Positions 59,001-64,000 of a stretch of 64,000 bases of DNA are shown piece by piece. Each line of letters starts with the position of its first letter. Position 1 is the first letter of the stretch. The position numbers and the translations under genes were made by a program. Under the pieces are notes generated by a model that saw only the letters and a list, made by a program, of their open reading frames with translations, did not search any database and was not told where the DNA came from. The DNA is from Chiloscyllium plagiosum (taxonomy: Eukaryota). The stretch covers positions 11,755,144-11,819,143 of the forward strand of contig NC_057750.1 in the NCBI RefSeq assembly GCF_004010195.1, read 5' to 3'.

Positions 59001-62000
59001 AATTATACCAGCCGTCTCCACTTTCTCTGGCAGCTCATTCTATACATGCACTACCCTCTGTGTGAAAGACATTGCATGCCCCTTTGGTCCCTTTTTTTTT
59101 CTTTCCTCCTTAAACCTACGCCAGTTTTGGGCTCTCATACAGTTTGGTTGGCTAGCCAAGGATATGAAACAAACTGCAGATGCTGGAATCTAACATAGAC
59201 AAGCAGGAGGCTGGAAGAACACCATAAACCAGGCAGCATAAGGAGGTGAAGTCAATGTCAGAAGGGTTACACCCGAAAAGTTGACTTCTCTACCTCCCTG
59301 ATGTTGTCTGGCTTACTGTGTTCTTCCAGCCTCTTGCTTATTCACCCTGTCCCCTTGTGATTTTATAAATCTCCTGTAAGGTCACCTCTCAGTCTCTGCT
59401 CCAAGGGGGGGATAAAAGACCTGAACTATTCAGCCCCTCCCAATCGCTCAACTTTCCAATTTTGGCTACATCCTTAAGTCTTTTCTGAACCTTTTTTAAA
59501 GTTTCACAACATCCTTCCTATAGCAGCGAGACCAGAATTGTATGTAGTATTCCAAAAGTAGCCTGACCAATGTCCTGTAAGTGACCTCCCAACTTCTACT
59601 TTCAATGCACAGTTATACAAAACACTGCTTTCACTACCCTGTCTACCTGACAGTCCAGCTTCAACGATCTAGAACCTGCATTCCAAGGTCTTTGTTCAGC
59701 AACACTCCCCAGGATCTTACCAATAAGTGCACAAGTCCTGCCCTGATTTTCCTTTCCAAAATGCAACACCTCTCATTTTTATCTAAATGAACTCTTCAGT
59801 CCGTCTGATCAAGGACCTGTTGTACTGAGGTAGCCTCATTCAATGTCCACGATACCAATATTTTTGATATCATCTGCAAACTTGCTAACCATTCCTCCTA
59901 TATTCACAACCAAATGAGCAAGGGGCCCAGCACTAACTCCCATAGCTTCCTATGAAGGTCTGGAATACACCTGATCAGGTCCTGGGGATTTATCCACCTT
60001 TTATGCATTTTAACATGTCTAGCACCACTAATACCTCTTTCAAGATATCACTCTTTATTTCTCAGAGTTCTGTCTTTCCAAGCTTCCCTATTCTTCACAG
60101 TAAGGTACTATCGCAAAATACTCATTTTAGTATCTTGTCCATCTCCTGCAATTCCACATATAGATTTCATCAATCTTTTAAGGGACCTATTCTCTCCTTA
60201 ATGACTTTTTTGCCCTTTTAATGTATGTGTAGAATCTTTTTGGATTCCCCTTTTAATCCCATCTGCCAATGCTATGTCCTGTTTTCCCCCCCCCTTTACC
60301 ATCTTAATTTTCCTCGAGTATACTACTATTGTCATTTATACTCCTATAGGGATTCACTCAATCCCAGTTCTCCATACCTGCCATATGCCTCTTTTTCGTT
60401 TGTCATCCAGAATTCCCTACACCTACCAGCTTTACTTTGCACTTCACACTAATAGGAACATTCTGCCTCATTTTTTTTGAAGGCCTCCCAATTTCCAGCT
60501 GTCCATTTTCCCTGCAAATAGTCTATCCCAATCAACATTTGAAAGATTCTGCCTAATACTGTTAAAATCGACCTTATTCCAACTTTAACTTTTAGATCAG
60601 TTTTATCCTTTTCCATTGCTATTTTAAAACTGATAGAATTATGATCACTGGCCCCAAAGTGCTCACCTAATAACACCTCAGTCACTTACCCTGCCTTATT
60701 TTCCAAGCAAAGGTAAAGTTTGGCTCCTTTAGTAGGTTTATCCCCAAACTGAATAACCAATTTTTCTTGTACACAACAATTCCTTTCCATCTAAGCTCTT
60801 AGACTGGGACTACCACAATGTTATGTTTGGAAAGCTAAACTCTCCTACCATTACCACCCTGTCATTCTCACAAATAACCCTGAGATTTCCTTACAAATTT
60901 TGTGGGGAGTCTACAATACAATCCCAATAAAGTGGTCATCTTTCTTATTTCTCCATTCCACTCAAATAACTTCACTGTGTGTACTTCCAAGAATATCCTC
61001 CTTAAGTACAAAAATGTTATCCCTAACTGAAAATGACACTTTCCCTTCCTCTCTCGCCTCCTTTCTTTCCTTCCTATAGTATCTATACCCTTGAATGTTT
61101 TAAGCTGCCAGTTCTGTCCATCCTGAGTTGCATTTCTATAATAGCTGATATCCCAGTTGTATGCCCTAAGCCTTGTGTTAAACCTCTTGCATTGAAATAC
61201 TTTTTAATTTATCAGTCTTAACCTGTTCTCTGCCATGTTCGTGCCTGCCTTGACCAGTTGACTTCCTCCATGTAACTGGAGGTGCCTCAGTGACCTGTTA
61301 CTATCTGTTTGAGACGCACACGCACACCTCCCTCTCATATATGCATTCCACAGATTCACCATTTGCTACCCCGTATCCTATGACTGACCTCTCATCCTAG
61401 ACCCTCACGAGGAAGCATTCATTCAATGTCTAACGTATTCACACCATTTATAACCTTGAGTGCCTCAATTTGATCCTTACAGACACCTTTTGCATTGCAA
61501 GTCTAGGGAAAATTTAAACTTGAGGAAAGGTGTCTTCACTCAAAGGGTAGTGTACCTGTGGAAATCTTACCAGAAAACTGGTGGCCAAGTCACTTCATAT
61601 AATCAAGAACCAAATATCTCTTGACATATTAAGGACATCAGAGAGAAAGTAGGAATATGGTGTTGATCATAAGTGATCATCAGTCTTATTAAATAGAAGA
61701 CCACAGGGCGAATGGCTACTGCCTCTTAGTTTGTTTCCAGGTGTAGTTGAACTGTTTGGCTTGAGAGTAAAAGAGTATGACTTGACCATATGAAAGTCGT
61801 CTTGAATTTCAACAGGGTACCTACAGCTGCTTTCTTTTTTAGGTATGTGATGAGTTGGGTTTGAAAAGACCATCTGCCTTCAAGTTATTTTCTGGAAAGA
61901 GTAAGTGCTGATTTGAAATTGCGATTGGAGATAAATGTATTTTTGTAGACAGTTCAGATTGGTGTACCTTGATAGCCTGTAACTAGTCTTTTCCTAGTTG

Positions 62001-62606
62001 AATATTAAGATGTTTTTATCAATTTGCTTTAAATCCAGAGCGTTCACTTCTTCCTCTTAGTTCAGGTTGAAAATTCAGCCTTTTTACAATCTACGTTCAT
62101 AAGGAAATGTCAAATTTGCTTGTTTTCATGTTTTGTCATCTTGATAGCTGCTTAAAGCATCTCAGTCTACCATCCCATCAATTCAGTGAAATTTTCAGAA
62201 GGTCAGTTATTTCCCTCTTGTCCAGTTGACAATTTGGTAATGTTTGGTGTGTCAACAATCAAATGACCTTTTGTCTTCCAGCTCTTTGTGGTCATGGCTT
62301 GTTTTACCTACTAATATATGTTGGCAATCACTCCCAAATTTATTTCCATTGTAGGTGAGAGAAGTTCTTCTGGCCTGATTGAGTGGGATTCAAAGAACGA
62401 TGCTATGGAATCGTTGTCTCTGCTGAATCACTATCAAATGAAAAACCCAAGTATGTCTTTCTACAAGTCCTTAACTAACTGGGGCTGTCATGGGAGGAAT
62501 GAGGCTTGTTTATTTTGGAATAATCGATATTTTGTTCTTCCCCCTAGGTGGCCCTTACCCATACACTCTGAAACTCTGCTTCTCCACAGTGCAGCACGCC
62601 GCATGA
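43523..62606 (+). CDS. HNRNPL: heterogeneous nuclear ribonucleoprotein L (copy B), complete, about 525 aa; join(43523-43594,46613-46743,48875-49112,49395-49480,50538-50634,51015-51087,56106-56165,56813-57096,57291-57412,58387-58588,61843-61900,62355-62450,62548-62606)
   Basis: 13 exons total 1578 nt, open frame from ATG to TGA. Four RRMs with hallmark hnRNP L motifs: DPHKPSPSPVVHVRGL, PAFVNYSTSQKISRPGD, IVIFRKNGVQAMVEF, NKRQRQPALLGDHP, YPYTLKLCFST. Confidence 0.95.
46613..46743 (+). CDS. HNRNPL: copy B exon 2 (RRM1); alternative acceptor at 46616
   Basis: tgcag|QQDGSYLEDPHKPSPSPVVHVRGLSDGVMEADLVEALQEFGAI|gtatgc. Confidence 0.9.
48875..49112 (+). CDS. HNRNPL: copy B exon 3, 238 nt
   Basis: tctcag|(S)YVVMMPKKRQALVEFED...NPIYPITT|gtgagt. 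Confidence 0.94.
49395..49480 (+). CDS. HNRNPL: copy B exon 4, 86 nt
   Basis: tttcag|DVLYTICNPCGPVQRIVIFRKNGVQAMV(E)|ATATCCTTT. Confidence 0.93.
49481..50537 (+). other. U12-type (minor spliceosome) AT-AC intron 4 of copy B, 1057 nt
   Basis: 5' ATATCCTTT, branch TTTACCTTAAC 50518-50528, 3' AC 50536-50537; the junction GA|A restores AMVE-FDSV. Confidence 0.95.
50538..50634 (+). CDS. HNRNPL: copy B exon 5, 97 nt
   Basis: FDSVQSAQRAKASLNGADIYSGCCTLKIEYAK|gtaagt. Confidence 0.93.
51015..51087 (+). CDS. HNRNPL: copy B exon 6, 73 nt
   Basis: ctgtag|PTRLNVFKNDQDTWDYTNPTLGGQ|gtaata. Confidence 0.94.
54860..55640 (+). promoter_or_regulatory. CA-rich cluster in intron 6 of copy B (putative hnRNP L-binding splicing enhancer)
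   Basis: Dense CACA/ACAC/ACAT/TACA motifs on the sense strand within an otherwise T-rich intron, directly upstream of the poison exon; matches the known HNRNPL autoregulatory layout. Confidence 0.75.
55753..55819 (+). other. copy B poison cassette exon (6A-like), 67 nt, in-frame TGA at 55806-55808
   Basis: atgcag|...GTG|gtaaga; from exon 6 it reads GLKHMFGAPSFKTAISCC*; lies about 290 nt upstream of exon 7. Confidence 0.88.
56106..56165 (+). CDS. HNRNPL: copy B exon 7, 60 nt
   Basis: tataag|GDPNKRQRQPALLGDHPSEY|gtgagg. Confidence 0.9.
56813..57096 (+). CDS. HNRNPL: copy B exon 8, 284 nt
   Basis: ccaaag|GAPQGGYSHYPDDDYGPP...PPPPPPPPEYGPQAESPVLMVYGLD...LYGNVEK|gtaaat. Confidence 0.92.
57291..57412 (+). 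CDS. HNRNPL: copy B exon 9, 122 nt
   Basis: ttctag|VKFMKSKPGAAMVEMGDGFAVDRAIGHLNNTYMFDQKLNV|gtaggt. Confidence 0.94.
57511..57528. repeat. poly(C)18 tract
   Basis: Direct read. Confidence 0.9.
57996..58174. mobile_element. palindromic short insertion with target-site duplication
   Basis: Inverted arms of about 66 bp spanning 58002-58149; flanked by CATGTTTTGCTT (57984-57995) and CATGTTTGCTT (58175-58185). Confidence 0.8.
58387..58588 (+). CDS. HNRNPL: copy B exon 10, 202 nt
   Basis: gtgaag|(C)VSKQQAIMAGQSYELEDGSCSFKDFSGSRNNRF...EEAFCE|gtacta. Confidence 0.93.
58820..61215 (-). mobile_element. CR1-clade LINE, decayed, with a nested palindromic repeat at about 59165-59345
   Basis: Reverse complement of 20210-23185 segments; minus-strand GEHFGASDHNSISFKI. 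Confidence 0.85.
61843..61900 (+). CDS. HNRNPL: copy B exon 11, 58 nt
   Basis: ttttag|VCDELGLKRPSAFKLFSGK|gtaagt. Confidence 0.92.
62355..62450 (+). CDS. HNRNPL: copy B exon 12, 96 nt
   Basis: ttgtag|SERSSSGLIEWDSKNDAMESLSLLNHYQMKNP|gtatgt. Confidence 0.94.
62548..62606 (+). CDS. HNRNPL: copy B exon 13 (coding part), stop TGA 62604-62606
   Basis: ccctag|SGPYPYTLKLCFSTVQHAA*. Confidence 0.94.
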
Positions 62607-62861
62607 AAACTCAAAATACTTCAGACAAGATGGACTGCGAGCTGTTCTCCATTATTGTGACTGTTGTATTTTAGTATTTTATGTGAAGTTGATAACTTGC
62701 AGTAACCCTTCATTTATGTAAAAGGCATGAGCCACAGTTATATTCCAGTTATTTTTATTTTGGTAGATTTCAGTTTAATCTTTTGTAATCTGTATTGTAG
62801 AAGTAAAATGTCCCTTCATTTTTATTAGCTGGGATTTGATGTGATCACAGCACTACAATTG

Positions 62862-62867
62862 AATAAA
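62862..62867 (+). terminator. polyadenylation signal candidate for copy B
   Basis: First AATAAA after the stop, about 255 nt downstream. Confidence 0.6.
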
Positions 62868-64000
62868 TCAACAGTTTAACTGGCATGACTTTTTAAAGAT
62901 GTTTTGGGGCATATTGATGATTGAGCTGACATCCTTCAGGTACACCTCTTGAGACGGTTATATTTTGTTTTGATGGATCTGGCTTACTTGTCGCTTCTGT
63001 CTGTTTTTCTCTTTCTGCCCAGTCATTTTCTTAACTCGGAAGTCTCACAACACAAGGTTATAGTACAATCAGCTTATTTGAAATTTCGGGTTTATTTCCA
63101 ATCTGTTGGATGACCTGGTGTCCTGTGACTTTGTGCACTCTAGCTCCAACAGTGGCTTCCCCATATTTTCTTAACTAGGTTAATTTTGAATGCCACAGTT
63201 TGTTATGAAGGACATGGACACTTCTGGAAATCTGGACATCCATAGACATTCCCCTGTTTGCTATGTTAAGAATAGTGTCTTCAAAAGAATCCGGTCAGTG
63301 ATTCTGGCAACATGACCAAGCTTTCTCCAGTCAGTTGAAATTTAAGGTGTTCAGTTGCTCTATGCTAAGAAAGACTCTTAATTCCTTGTCAACAGACTGA
63401 AAATTAATGCAATATTGTCAAAGGGCCCAATTATGTCTGACCTTTTTTAATTTCTTAATGTACAAGGTTTTTTGATTTGGTACCCCTGACAAATTTTTCT
63501 AACTCTTGTCTTTTGCTAGGAATGTTTCTTAACTATTGCTGTATTTTTTAACAAGTGGCACTCTCCTTGTTGTAAATGGTTGTTGCAGATCATTTTTTTT
63601 TTACACCTACTGACCTGTTTTATCCATTAACAGATTGGTCTTGCCATTTTTAACTAAAACTGCCCCTTGTCTCTCTCTCTTTAAATAAATCTAGGTTCTC
63701 AATTTATTCACAGTTGCCCATTTCAAGGACTGATTTTTGATCATCTGATTTGCTTACAGATAAATATTCACATTGTTTAATCTGACTTTGTGTGGCTGAT
63801 TTGGCAGGTCCCATTTGATTAGTTTACTTTTATATTTAAAAGTTAAATGCTTCCCATTAAAACCCATCTGGCTTTGCTATTTGTTTTTTAATTTTAATCT
63901 CAGCAATTATGCAAGCTGTGTCACAGCAACAATCAGCCTTGTACAACAGTGCTCCAAGTCTTTGTAGAAGTAGGAAATGGGGAAAAGATTTCTAAGTTTC

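Noticed and set aside
1..64000. Prokaryotic-type systems (CRISPR arrays, operons, defence islands)
   Set aside because: The sequence is a spliced vertebrate locus; no repeat-spacer arrays or dense ORF clusters were seen.

Overview
Eukaryotic, vertebrate genomic DNA, most likely from a cartilaginous fish (shark/ray), judged from tRNA-headed HE1-like SINEs, abundant CR1-clade LINE fragments and Penelope-like elements. The window holds two tandem, same-strand (+) copies of a heterogeneous nuclear ribonucleoprotein L (hnRNP L) gene. Copy A (3100-39677) is truncated by the window start (exons 5-13 visible), has TE-bloated introns and has diverged in RRM3/RRM4. Copy B (43523-62606) is complete: 13 coding exons, about 525 aa, with a CpG-island/CCAAT/TATA promoter, and is close to canonical HNRNPL. 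Both copies keep identical exon phases, a minor-spliceosome (U12, AT-AC) intron 4, and a stop-containing poison cassette exon in intron 6 downstream of CA-rich sequence. This suggests a duplicated, possibly cross-wired NMD autoregulatory circuit. A Penelope terminus in intron 11 of copy A carries an apparently intact minimal hammerhead-ribozyme core on the sense strand. Exon coordinates were read by hand from splice signals and reading frame. Repeat boundaries are approximate. Comparisons to human HNRNPL are from memory, not from a database search.
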